A stretch of DNA of 64,000 nt. Origin: Felis catus. Its lineage: Eukaryota. Within the stretch, counting starts at the first letter, position 1. Each line of letters begins with the position of its first letter. This document shows positions 1 through 12,314 of this stretch, one piece after another. The translations under genes and the position numbers were made by a program. The DNA lies in the NCBI RefSeq assembly GCF_018350175.1, contig NC_058368.1, positions 54,066,001 to 54,130,000 of the forward strand, read 5' to 3'. The notes under the pieces were generated by a model. That model saw only the letters and a program-made list of their open reading frames with translations, was not told where the DNA came from and did no database searches.

Positions 1-480
1 TTTTTGTAGTTTAATAGATTTAGTGGCAACAGCGGGACTGACAGAGACTTCTGACAGCTTCCAGGACATGAGAAGCACAGGCATGGTATGCTGTGAACCC
101 TTTCAGTTCACTGTCTTTCTTGCTGTTGCCCAAGGCTGTGGGTAGATTCTCTTCCGGTTCTGAGCTCTGCTCCTTTGGCGTTGAGCTCCTGATCTAATTG
201 GCTTTCCAGCCCAGGACTTAGTAGGTCAGCTTGAACTGGCAGATGGTTCCATCTGGAGCTCCAGACTCTAGCTTTTGGCTCAGTCTGAAATTCCCCAGAT
301 GTTTGCAATCCCTTTCCCCAGTTTCAGTCTGCTGTCCCCATTTACTGGACATTGCTGGTTTAATCCACTCTCGATATTGCTGGTGGTGCCCGTGGCTTTC
401 TCTTGCCAGCTCAGGTTAACATTTCTTGGTTACTGCTTGTATGTTAAATTGTGTGTGTTTGTTTGTCTTGTTTTGTGTAG
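1..480 (+). mobile_element. Possible ERV1-class internal leader remnant
   Basis: PBS-like tagtggcaacagcggga near position 20, then a leader-like composition; recognised loosely from memory only. Confidence 0.3.
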
Positions 481-489
481 ATAAAGGCT

Positions 490-1197
490 ATTGCTTTGGT
501 TTAAGGAAATGTGGCTGGTTTGATTATCTAGACCACTAAAACTTTCTCCGTATCGGCAATAAGGCTGTTTTGCTCTCTTATCATTAGCGTGTTCACTGGA
601 GTAGCACTTTTAATTTCCTTTAAGAACTTTTCCTCTGTATTTACAACACGACTATTTGGCACGAGAGGCCTAGCTAGCATTTGGCGCATCTCAGCCTTCA
701 GCATGACTTTTTCACTAAGTTTATTCGTTTCTAGCTTTGGATTTAAGTGAGAGACGTGTGATTCTTCCTTTCGCTTGAACACATAGAAGTCATTGTATTG
801 TTTTTAACTGGCCTAATTGCAATATTGTTGTGTCTCGGGGAATAGGGAGGCTTGAGGAGAAGGAGAGAGATGGGGGAACAGCCAGTCTGTGGAGCAGTCA
901 GAATACACACTGTTACCCACTCGGTTTTGCTGTCTTACACTGGTGTGGTTCATGGCATCCTAAAACAACAATTACAATAGTAACATTAAAGATCACAGGT
1001 CACCAGTAACAAATGTAGTAATAATGAACATGTTTGAAATATTGTGAGAATTACCGAAATGTGATACAGAGATATAAAGTGTCCAGGCACTGTTGGAAAA
1101 TGGCACCAATAGACATGGTCAATGAACGGTTGCAACAGACCCTCCATTTATTAAAAAAAAACAAAAAAACAAAAAACACCGTGTCTGTGAGGTGCAC
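490..1197 (-). mobile_element. Tigger1 (pogo/TcMar) DNA transposon fragment, 5' portion with decayed transposase N-terminus
   Basis: ORF 528-782(-) reads KLETNKLSE...[34 protein letters not shown], matching the Tigger1/TIGD1 CENP-B-type DNA-binding region. Confidence 0.88.
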
Positions 1198-1199
1198 TT

Positions 1200-1489
1200 C
1201 CTGTAATTTACGATCCCTAGAAGCCCAAACCCCCTTGCCTTTATCTTCTCCTCAAATTAATCACCCTTTATTAAAATGGTCCATAAGCCTTTTGGGGTCT
1301 TCACTTCTTTTCTATGATGGCCTTCAGAAATGTAATAATTAAAATATTAACATCAAATGAAATCTGTACACTTTTTCTCCTCTTAACCTGTTTTTCTGTC
1401 AGTTTAATTTACATGCCCTAGTTACTGAATGTAAGAGGGTAGAGGAAGAGGGGCTTTTGTTGTCTTTGTTGTTCTTTTCCACCCCTACA
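1200..1489 (+). mobile_element. MER34/MER39-family LTR, 3' part
   Basis: Diagnostic end tttctcctcttaacctg...gtcagtttaattt...taagagggtagagg...cccctaca. Confidence 0.65.
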
Positions 1490-1940
1490 TACATTATAAA
1501 TCCTCATACATGAATGGTCAGTTTTTGTATCCTATTTTTTTGACGTTTTATTACTGCACTGGTATCAGCTGAGTTAATTACCTTGCTTATAGGGCATAAT
1601 TTATATCTGCTAAAGCAAATTACTCTCATCACATGCTGTTCCAAAACTTTTTTGCTAATTTTGTGTACTTATTAGGATTAATGTACAAACTCTACCAAAA
1701 TGACATTTTTATTGGAATGAAAAGAAACTGACAAATATTTCATGAAGAAAACATGTTTAAAATATTTAGGCTTCTCATTCATAAATGTGGTAGCTTTTTT
1801 CATTTCCTAAAAAGAATCTACTTTTAATTTTAAGTATATTTTAATATACTTTTATAGTTTTCTTCATATAGGTTTTATATATTTTTATTGTTAATTCCCA
1901 TTTTTTTGTTCTTGCTTGTTGTTCTTGTTGTTAAGAGGAT
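1490..1940 (-). mobile_element. Old L1 (L1M/L1ME) ORF2 fragment
   Basis: T-rich degenerate antisense L1 sequence; appears colinear with 5430-6150. Confidence 0.5.
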
Positions 1941-2086
1941 ATCTATACCCCATTCTCTCCAAAGTTACTTTTTTCATAATTGTTGGCCTATCCAATCCAT
2001 TGCCCTGGCTTTTCAGTTGCTTAATAGCATCTCTATTAAGCATTTTGGCTTCCACCCTAATTCAGCCCCAAAGTCTTATTCTAGAT

Positions 2087-2577
2087 CTGCACTGTCCAAC
2101 ATAGTAGCCAATAACCACATGTGGCCATTAAACACTTGAAATGTGGCTAGTCCAAAATAAAATGTGTTATCAGGGTAAATACATATCATATTTCAAAGAC
2201 AGTATGGTATGAAAAAAGATCAAGTATCGCATAAATAACTGTTAAATTTTGATTACATATTAAATGGTAATACTATTGATAAATTAAATTATATTAAAAT
2301 TATTTTCACTTTTAAAAAATGTTTATTTATTTGAGGGGGGGGGTTGGTAGGGGCAGAGAGAGGGAGAAAGAGAGAATCCCAAGCAGGCTCTGTGCTGGCC
2401 ACCAGCATGGAGCCTGATGCAGGGCTTGAACTCACGAACTACAAGATCGGAGACTCAACCGACTGAGTCACCCAGGTGTCTCTTTTTTAAACTTTTTTAA
2501 ATGTGGCTACTAAAACATTTTAAATTTCATTTTAAATTTCATTTGTGACTAGTATTACATCTCTATGGTTGGTGCTG
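2087..2577 (-). mobile_element. MER33 (hAT-Charlie MITE) split by a CanSINE
   Basis: ctgcactgtccaacatagtagcca...ccacatgtggcca...cacttgaaatgtggctagtccaaa, resuming after the SINE as aatgtggctact. Confidence 0.75.
2312..2482 (-). mobile_element. CanSINE (older subfamily)
   Basis: Antisense tail, (GA) tract and tRNA-derived head. Confidence 0.85.
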
Positions 2578-2734
2578 CTCCAGACCTTGTTATTTCCAAT
2601 AACTGAAACCCTCTATAATCTCAATTTCATATATTTAACTACTGAGCCATCATGATTCAAATTTTTTTCCTCTAGTACTTCCACCCTCACAGGGATAAAC
2701 AGTCCATTGATCCCACTACCTTTTCATTATACCT

Positions 2735-3060
2735 GATATTTTGGCCTAAAACAAAATTTTAATGTCTCTCATAATTGTTTGGTTGGACTTGGCCCAGGTG
2801 GGCTGTTCTCACTTGTGGTCTTGGGGGCAGTTGCGGGTGTAGGGAGACCAGGGCCACGATTATCCTACATTCAGCCAGGCTAGACATCCAAAGTTAGCTG
2901 TTGCTAACTACAGATTGGAAGTTCACCTGGGACTGTCATGGGTCCTAGCATTGCACTTCTACCCCTCATGCAGGCTCAGGTTTAATATGGTAGAGGGAAA
3001 GAGCTAATTCCACCACTCAAAAGAGCAGCAAAGAATTTGTAGCCAACTTTAATTCAGCAC
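2735..3060. mobile_element. MLT1-type (ERVL-MaLR) LTR relic
   Basis: Terminal gcaaagaatttgtagccaactttaattcagcaca resembles MLT1G/H ends. Confidence 0.5.
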
Positions 3061-3140
3061 ATCTATGTCCCTCTAATATTCACTTCCCTTCTTACTCAGC
3101 TTAAATTCTTGGTCAGTTGTTCTAGACACAAACACCTTTA

Positions 3141-3375
3141 TTTATAATTAAAAAAATTTTTTTTTTAATGTTTATTTATTATTGACAGAGAGAGAGAGAG
3201 ACAGAGCATGAGTGGGGGAGGGGCAGACAGAGAAGGAGACACAGAATCCGAAGCAGGCTCCAGGCTCTGAGCTGCCAGCACAGAGCCCGACCCCGGGGGC
3301 TTGAACTCACGGACTGCAAGATCATGACCTGAGCTGAAGTTGGACGCCCAACCGACTGAGCCATCCAGGCGCCCC
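3141..3375 (-). mobile_element. CanSINE (felid SINEC type) with TSD
   Basis: Full length; flanked by caaacaccttta repeats. Confidence 0.92.
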
Positions 3376-5429
3376 TAAATGCAAACACCTTTAATTCCTT
3401 TGCCCCCTTCTCAATTTTTGTCCTCATCTAACTAAACCATAAGCATGGATACAGCCCTCTGTCTACTTTTTTATGCACCAGCACATCTGGACAGAGCTAG
3501 AGAAAACCGTATCTCCCTGCTGGCTAGTTTCACAAAATGCATGATCACTAACATATAGTAGACTCAGTGCTGCCCAGCAGTGTTCATTCTGTATTACCTA
3601 AGAGACCAGATGATTCTTTCATAACTATTCCTTCTCTTCAAACTTAACCCAAAACTGCTTCCCTCTCGCCACTCCCAGCTGGCAATTTGCTTCGTATTTC
3701 ACTGCAAAAAAGAGAAATAAACAGGAGAGAACGTCCATAAATTCCCACAAACAATACACCTGTGTCTGGCTCCATCATTCTTTATTTTTTCTCCCAATTC
3801 TGTGAATTATCTGTCCATGTTCCCAGCCAGAGTCAGCATCTTTTCTTATTTTCTAAATCCCTCTCGCTGCTTAATGAGCAATGATCTAGAAGTCCTTTGC
3901 CATGGCTCAACAACCTCTTCTCTCAACTGGATCGTTTTCAGTAGTATTTCTCCCATATTAAACTGTCATTTCTCACATACTGAAACAAAACCTTTCTGGA
4001 CTTCAATTCTCCCTCTAGTTACCAACTAATTTCTTTCCTTCCCCTTTCAACGAGACTCTTTTATTTATGCCCACAGCTTTCAATGTCTTTATTCCCATTA
4101 TCTTTAACCGCAATGTTCTACCGCAAGCTGCTTCGGTCAGCATCATTAGTAACATCGCATTGTTGAATCCAATGGTTCATTCCCAGACTACATCTTGTTT
4201 GTCCTATCTGCAACATTTGACCCTACAGATTATCCCCTGGCTTTTTGAAATAATTTCTTTCCTAGGTTTCCAAAACCTCACACTGTCCTAGTTTTCCTTC
4301 TCTATCTCTGGCTGCTCCTTCTCAGCCTCTTTTGCTTGTTCCTTCTCCTCATTTCCACCAATAAACAACAGAATGCCTCCCAGGACTATTTACCCTCAGT
4401 CATTCATCCAGTCATGACTAAATACAGTCTCCCTGCCAATGCCCCCTAGTATATGTCTGACAGAGATCTTTCCTCTAAGCCACATAATCCTATACCTAAC
4501 TTCTTTCTCAATATCCCCCCATGGAATCTAACAGATATCTCAGTCTTAAGATGTCCCAAACTAAACGTTGAGTATTTCCTCTCAATCCTGGTTCTTTTCC
4601 ATTCTTTTCTGTCTTAGGGTATCTCTATTCTTTCAGTTGCTATGGCCAGAAATCTGGAAGAGGTTCTTTACTCCCCTCTCTCTCCTGTCACACATCCAGT
4701 CTATCAGGAAATCCTGGCAGCTCAACCTCTAAAATAGAATTATATCACTTATACTTCCATGTGACCAGCCTAAGTTCAAACCACCTCCATCTCTACCCTG
4801 CATTATTGCAATAGCTTTCCAACTAGTCTCCTTTTTTCTGCCGTCTACCTGTGTGGTCTGTGCACAACACATGAATGCTTTTCTTCCTTTCTTGTCACTT
4901 CTCTACTCAAAACCCTGCAAAACGTCCCCTCAAAGTCCACTCCATGAATTATAAGGCTGTATGATCTGTACTCACTGTCTCCCTAGCTCAGTCTCTTTCA
5001 ACTCTTCCCATAGTTCATCCTGCTTCAGCCTCTCTGTTCCTCTTTGTGGCCTTTCATTTCTTCACTTTACTCAGAGCTCTTCCTCCAAATATCTCTGGAC
5101 TTTTTCCTCACTTCCTAGAGGTCTTTACTTCAATGCTGCATTCTCTGTAAGGCCTTCTTGGTCTAACCTCTCTAATACTGCCAACCATTACACCCTCCAG
5201 CGCTTCCTGTAACCCTTCATGGCTTTATTTTTCTTCTGAGTACTTATCACTATCTAACATATATATTTTTTCTAATACACATTTTATTTATTTAATTATC
5301 TTATTTGTTGTCTTCTTCTCTAATGTAAACTCCATGAAGGCAGAGGTTTTCAGTTCACCGCTGAATCTCCAGAGCTAGCCACATAGTACGCACTCAACAA
5401 ATAATCACTGAAAGAACAAGTGGATGTAG

Positions 5430-6150
5430 AAGGTATCTTTTATACGTTTCTGATTCTGTGGGAATTTTCTCAGATTTCGATTTTTTATTCTGTTACTTAT
5501 CATTTATTTAGGTATATACTCTTTCTTAAGGAAATTTTCTTTTGACTCTCAATTAACTTAGATATGTTATAAATGGATGTTAAATTTTACTACATGTCTC
5601 TTTTCATAAATATCGAAATAGTCACATGCTCTAGTCCTTTAAAATATATTGACCCAATCTTGCATTCTGGACAGAAACCTTGTGTGGTAATGGTTCTCTA
5701 ATGTTATTTTGAATATTTTTGCATTTCTATCTATAAATGAGTTTGATCTATGTTTTTCTTTTGTGAGACATCTTTGTCAAGTTAAATATTACTATTTTAC
5801 TGGCTTCATAAAATTAATTGAGACACTTCCTTCCTTCACTCCCTACAACACTTCCTGTGTTCTGGAATAGTTTGAATAACATAGGAAATACAATTTCTAT
5901 TTGTAAGAAATTAGAAATTATGGCATGGAGAGAATAGCCTATAAATCTACTGGTACCTGACATTCTTTCAGGTATAAATCTTTAGCAATGTTTTCCAGTT
6001 GCCTCTGTGGTTGCTCATCTATTCATATTTCACTCTCCTTGAATAAATCTTGCAAACTCACATTTTCTTAGAAGAGCATTAATTTTATCCAGATTTTCAG
6101 ATTGTTTAATAAACAACCCCAATTCAGTAAAATTTATGTTCTTTGCTTGC
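5430..6150 (-). mobile_element. Old L1 (L1M/L1ME) ORF2 fragment
   Basis: Antisense ORF2-like segments; ORF 6030-6218(-) contains ENLDKINALLRK, similar to L1 ORF2 ENLEEMDKFL. Confidence 0.65.
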
Positions 6151-6569
6151 AGCATCATTGGTTTCCCCCTGTCTATATTAAATTGAATGAAACTGCTTGG
6201 AAATCCCCTGTGTATCATAAAACTGAATTATAAACTTGTATATCTGATGAAGAAATAGGATTGCTGAGGTCTTTGGAGGCATATTACTTTGGGGGGAGGA
6301 GCAGAGAGGGAAGATTATGCCTGTTTCCTTCATTGGGCCTACCACATGAGTTAGATCTTTTAAACACCCAAAAAGGGAATATACTGATTATGCCAAATGA
6401 GGCCAAGAGTGTCCTCATTCTCTGTGCAGATTAGTGGATTCTGAAACGAGGTATTTCAATTATCTTCTTTACCTTTCCTGTACCACCCACCTTGGGTAGA
6501 CCCATTTATCTGTCCAAATCTTTGGCAATTTAATATCCCCAAATTGTCAAAACAATTGCTATTAAGCCA

Positions 6570-7270
6570 CTGATCCAATCAAGTTGAAAGCTTACTATGG
6601 GCAAATGCTATAGGCCTTCTGAGAAATATAAAGAATAAGACATGGTCTTTGCCATCCAGGAACTGACAGTCTAGTTGGGAAAACTTGGTTGGAAATAGCT
6701 TCATAAAAGTCAATTTATAGAAGGGATACTAAACATCATTACAGCCTGTATTCTATTCAACAAACATCCAGTCAGTATCTATATACCAGGTGCTATCCTA
6801 GACATTATTGTATAAAGATTAATAATCCTCAAGAAGCTAATGATCCACCCAGAGGACACTCAGATACATAAAGCTAACTACACTGTGATGTGATTTATTC
6901 ATGTATGTGATGAGTAAAATGGTGCATGGGAGTCCAAAAGAAAATTGTGGATAGGTAAAGAAATCAGTCATGGGAATGGTCTTATTGTAGTGCTAATATT
7001 TAAGATGGACCTAGGAGAATAAGACAATGTGGTACTAGGCAAAGGAAGGGAAGATGATGATTCTGGACTCATAAAGGCTCATAAGGAAAGACATTAAGAG
7101 AACATATGATCTTACAAGTATAGCTGACCTGTTAAAGTGTGTTTATACTGGACAGGGGACCTGGGTAGTGGAAAGTGATAACCCTGCAAACGTACATTGA
7201 AGTCAGTTATGAAGTATCTTGACTTTTTGAATATGGTAATAAAGAACTTAAATTTTTAAAGCAGCAGAGC
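6570..7270 (-). mobile_element. L2 fragments
   Basis: attcaacaaacatcc...ataccaggtgctatcctag; purine-rich antisense L2 body. Confidence 0.55.
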
Positions 7271-7689
7271 AATATACATTAAATGCTCTGAGTGCCCTTT
7301 ATCTCACCACAGCAAAAGAGTTGAATTTGCTTCATCAAATTTGGAACTTCTATTTGGATTGATGAGCCCTAAAACAAAGTTCTTGGCATGTGTTGGATTT
7401 AAATTGGGGGCCATAGGAGAATATGTCTTCCAGTATAGCTAAAAGAGGCTTGTGTGCAGCCCATTGGGAGAGGACTAACAACAAATTAAAATACTGTGGA
7501 CAAAGGAATAAATAGTGGTTTCAACTATGAGCTCTAAGAGCAAATGTTCCAAATTGCAGACATTGATTTGCAATCAACCTGCTTATTATTAGAGTTCATT
7601 TATTTCATAAAATTCTTCTTTATTTAATGATGGCTAATAATTCACCCTTTCAACTCTGAGGAGTTTAGCCAGTATGAAAGTGAGGATAA

Positions 7690-7935
7690 TGATGGTAATA
7701 ATGTAATAGGAGCTTATATTTCAAGCATTTTGACAGAGCGTTTTTGTAGAATGAATTTTGTTTTGAAAATTATGTGCGTTACACTGCTCAGTTATCACAA
7801 AACTCCTATGAGATGGGTACCATTTTTATTCCATTGAGCCTTGAAGAAACTGAAGCCTGAAGAGATATGTATCTCTCCCAAGGACATACACTTGGTTGCA
7901 AATCCTTACTTGCATATACAGGTCTTGAATTCTAC
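7690..7935 (-). mobile_element. MIR
   Basis: aactcctatgagatgggtaccatt...gaaactgaagcctgaagag core. Confidence 0.55.
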
Positions 7936-8339
7936 CTGTCTTTCAGAAAGACATTCTCAGTGATATTGTTGTTTTAGAAAGATAACTAGCAATAATTGAA
8001 AGGCAAAACAGACACAGGCTAACTGGAAAGAGAAAACAAGCCAGGAGCTTAGTGCAATATTCCAGGCAAGAAATGAAAAAAGTCTGGTGTCTGACCATGT
8101 ATGAGTGGAGTAAACGGAACATGTATGAGTGGAGTAAACAGAAAAGCATTTTAATATTAGTGTTTCTGAAAAAAATGTGTAATATTTTATGTGAAAAGCA
8201 AAATATAATGCAAGAATCTCTTTTAACTGCTTTAAGAAAACTTAATAGCCTTAAATAAAGAGATTCCAAAACTGACATTCAACAACTATTACTAAAAATG
8301 CTTTTCATTGAGAATTTCCAGGGAAATATTATCCAAAAA

Positions 8340-8341
<2 letters not shown>

Positions 8342-8393
<52 letters not shown>
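8342..8393. repeat. (CA)n microsatellite
   Basis: About 26 perfect CA units. Confidence 0.98.
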
Positions 8394-8401
<8 letters not shown>

Positions 8402-8875
8402 AGAAAGAACTGGAAAGATTCCAGTGACATTTTAAGTAAGCATGTCCAAAAGCTTCTCCATGTCCTCTGCTATTTTCAGGAAGGTTTAGAAGTTTCACTA
8501 GCTAATGTCGGCAGTTGTTTAGAAAAGTTTTTACAGGAGATTGCAAGGAAATGTGACTTTCCCATGAGGGAAGGGAACTAGGATTCTACTGGGCTGACTT
8601 TAAGCACCAGAGACGGAAATGGAAATTCATTCTTCTGAGAGAGTTAACAAGTGGTGTACTATACTTTGCAAACTCTCCCTGGAGAGAATGTTGCTAAATT
8701 CGTGCTCAGCAATGTTCATACCTGATTCATGCTCTATAAAAGAGAGGTCAAGGGATGTTTAAATTCGTTTATTTTAACAGCCTAAGAATTTCAGTCCAAT
8801 GAGATTAGAATCCCCCCTCACCTCCCTAATGAAGCCACTGTGCTGTACTACTACTATTTTTATTGTTATTTTGAT

Positions 8876-8886
8876 CTTTCTTTCTT

Positions 8887-8968
<82 letters not shown>

Positions 8969-9032
8969 TTTCTCTTTTTTCCCCTCTCTCTACCTCCCTC
9001 TTCCTTCCTTCCTTCCTTCCTCTCTTTCTTTC
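8876..9032. repeat. (TTTC)n/(TTCC)n polypyrimidine microsatellite
   Basis: Directly visible; explains the low-complexity ORFs at 8799-9138. Confidence 0.97.
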
Positions 9033-9283
9033 TGATTTCTTTTACAGTATCCACTGTGCTATTCATTATTATTTGAGTGAGTTGCCCAGATATCTGATTT
9101 GATTTTCTGTGAACCACTACAATAAGGAGAGATGCCATGATCAGAATCAGAACTCATAAACATGAGTTTTCTCCGGACACAGATCTTAGACACTGAGGGT
9201 TGGTATCAACCAATTTGAACTTTAATATTCATAACATATAGATAGCAGAACAGTATTAAGACAAAACATAAATGATCAGGAAG

Positions 9284-9524
9284 GCAGTTTTTCCAAACTG
9301 TGTTTGGAGACATATTCATACATTCCTTAAAAAAAATGACTTCTGGGGAAAATACTTCTGAAAAATGAAGAATTAAATAAAATTAAACAGGTTTACTTTA
9401 GGAAGTCTCAAAAATATTAACATAGTAATGTGTTTTGCAAATCTCCAAGATGACTATGCAGCATTGCTCAAATTTACACACTTTTCCAGAAAAGTATATT
9501 AGAACAAAGTTTAGGAAATGTTGC
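9284..9524. mobile_element. hAT-Charlie-type MITE relic
   Basis: Imperfect terminal inverted repeats cagtttttccaaact / agtttaggaaatgttg. Confidence 0.45.
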
Positions 9525-9865
9525 AGTAACAACATGAATGAATGAGTGAATGAATTAATGAATGAATGTCTAACACATTAACACTGTACTGTGCATGGTA
9601 TTTGCCAAACACTTTTTATTGATTGATTGACTGATTGATTTTTTATGTTTATTTATTTTTGAGAAAGAGAGAGCACAAGCAGGGGAGGGGTAGAGAGAGG
9701 GGGACAGAGGACATGGAGGTTGAGAGTCCACTTTGGGGATGCTAGGAGTGGTTAAAGAAACTGAAGGAGAATTGCTTCTTGGTGACTAGGTAGGAAAACA
9801 ATGGAAGAGTTTAGCTATTCCCAGTTTCTAGATTTCTCTTTGCTAAGATCAGAACTGATTCTTTC

Positions 9866-10093
9866 TTTTTTTTTTTTTTTTAATTTTTTTTTCAACGTTT
9901 ATTTATTTTTTGGGGACAGAGAGAGAGCATGAACGGGGGAGGGGCAGAGAGAGAGGGAGACACAGAATCAGAAACAGGCTCCAGGCTCTGAGCCATCAGC
10001 CCAGAGCCCGATGCGGGGCTCGAACTCACGGACCGCGAGATCGTGACCTGGCTGAAGTCGGACGCTTAACCGACTGCGCCACCCAGGCGCCCC
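9866..10093 (-). mobile_element. Young felid CanSINE (SINEC_Fc type) with 16-bp TSD
   Basis: Near-consensus and CpG-retaining; TSD cagaactgatt(c/a)tttc at 9850-9865 and 10094-10109. Confidence 0.96.
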
Positions 10094-12094
10094 CAGAACT
10101 GATTATTTCGATAAAGGGTTTTGGTGACCATGTAGTATTAATCCAGTTACCCTACTTCACAGGAGGCAAAAATGAATTGAATGACTTGCCTGCTGTTACT
10201 CAGTTGGTGACAGAATCGGGATCAGAATCCGGTTCTCCTCACTGTTGCTCCATTTACTCTGCATTTTCTGACTTAGGAAGAATAGACTACAAATGCCTTT
10301 TGTAGAGGAATAGCCCACACCCAAGGTGCAGAGCCCTTGTGCAGTTTATTTACTGCCAGTAATTTACTGTCTTATACAGATGAACAAAGCCTTTCTTGGG
10401 GCAATCAAGCAATTAAATCGTTGTTTTATAAAGCATGCTTCCTTGATGTGGCATTTGTTGTCCTGGAATCTTGTCTGTAGGATGCCTCTGCTGAACTGCT
10501 TCATGAAACTCTGAGTTTCCATGACATACAGCATCCTTATCATTGTTTTTCAATGAACAATTTACACTCACAAGCTTCAGACTCTTAGAGGTGATAAAAA
10601 GAGTGAGGGCAGAGGAAGCAAATCTGGGATAATGCAAGCAGTATAATGACCTTGAGATAGGACACACTCAAGGAAGTGTTATCTGGTTACTCCCTTTGCT
10701 CGTGTTATTTTGGCAGACTGAGTTCACAGCAGCGGGAACAACGCATACGGGAGGATGTAAGGAAACAGAAGCCAGTGCAGTTATTGCAGCTTCATTTTAG
10801 GTTGTCTGTAGGATGAAATGTGTCCACCTGGTGGTTTTGCACATATGGCATGTGAATGTGGTCGTGCTAGATCTCTGGAACTCCTCTTCACAGTCCAAGA
10901 CAAGGTCCTGTCCCTTGGTATAGGTGTATTGTCCCTAAGGCCATAATAGTGTAATTACAAAGGACTCACATCAGTTGTATTTTGCAGAGACTATGTAGGA
11001 CCTTAGGGTTGGTTGAACTTGGAGAATCTTTACTGCAGGATCATGGTTCAGATAATGCCGATGTCCTAGCATCTCAAAAGCAGCCTCCAGGGATGCATCC
11101 AGTTTTGTGGGGCTGCCTCCCTGATACCTGAGCAACTCCAGGAAATGCTGGTCACCCTGTTAAAGAGAGAAACAACGTGACTCCTCAAAAGGACTTTTCA
11201 GTGTAATCCTTCAGAACAGGATGAGAAGGGCACTATTGTAGGAAGAGAATTATTCACAGTATTCAGCCTGTGTGTCTTGCTTAACTACAAATCTAAAGCT
11301 GAAACACCAAAACCATGGTTAACAGGAGAGACACAGGCTGTCACATCAGAGATTGATCGGATTGGGAGATATAGAGAATTGGAGATAAAAAGGAACTAAC
11401 ACATCCACCATCCACCATGAGCTAGGTGCTGGACTTGGAAATGCAAAACCTTATCATGAATTCTTATAAAACGTGACAGGTAAGTATTACTTTTTTCCTT
11501 AATAAGGATGAAGCAACTCAGAGAGCCTGAGAGCTGCTGAAGGCTATGTGGTTTTCTACTAGTAGAACAAGGATCCAATTAGGGTATCACAGACTAAAAA
11601 GCTCATGCTCTTTCTGGGACCCTGTACCAATAAACAAATAGAATAAAGAAATCATTGGACTATTTATTTTCGTAGGAAATTAATCTGTTAGTACAATAAG
11701 CAAATAAACTAATAAACAAGATGACTCACAGGAGTCTTTTAGATGTGCTCCCTACCAGCACATGTATCCCTGCAATGGATTAACCTACCTTGAAAATGTT
11801 GACATAATCTGTGACAGAACTGTAGTGTAATTTGTTCTGGTTCCACATGGAGCAACTGGAGTGGAGAATAACTGAATGAAGAAGGAGGGAGGTGGAACCA
11901 GGCTCTGGGTCCTTCCTTCTGGCCGTGATACCTGACAGATTTCGTTCCCTGACACTCAGAGCAGAGAGTAACACAGGGTATTTTCCTGTATCTTCCACAC
12001 TCAGAGAGCTACCCTAAAAATCTATTTCAAAAATTAGCAAGTGGTTTGTTTCTCTCTGAATGTCTAAGCTTTTCTTTTCATTTAAAAATGAATA

Positions 12095-12314
12095 GGGACG
12101 CCTGGGTGGCTCAGTTGATTAAGCATCTGACTTTGGCTCAGGTCAGGTCACGATCTCCTGGTTCATAGTTTTGAGCCTCCTGTCGAGCTCTAGGCTGACA
12201 GCTCAGAGCCTGGACCCTGCTTCAGATTCCATGTCTCCATCTCTCTCTGCCCCTGCCCGCTCGTGCTCTGTCTCTCTCTCTCAAAAATAAATAAACATTA
12301 AAAAATTTTTTTTA
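12095..12314 (+). mobile_element. CanSINE
   Basis: gggacgcctgggtggctcag...(CT)n...aataaa tail; aaatgaata flanks. Confidence 0.92.

Larger units (their letters stand above)
1950..5412 (+). mobile_element. Long L2 LINE relic interrupted by MER33, MLT1 and SINEs
   Basis: C/T-rich L2 body ending in the typical 3' tail aactccatgaaggcagag...cacatagtacgcactcaacaaata. Confidence 0.75.

Noticed and set aside
528..782. Transposase-like ORF as a domesticated TIGD gene
   Set aside because: Only a decayed N-terminal piece with no DDE domain; a fossil Tigger1.
8799..9138. Phe/Leu/Ser-rich and Lys/Glu/Arg-rich ORFs
   Set aside because: Translations of the (TTTC)n microsatellite.
9866..10093. tRNA-like A/B boxes here and in other SINE heads
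   Set aside because: These are CanSINE heads with CT tracts, A tails and TSDs, not tRNA genes. The recurring SINE-derived ORFs (e.g. 9910, 40658, 56564) are likewise non-coding.
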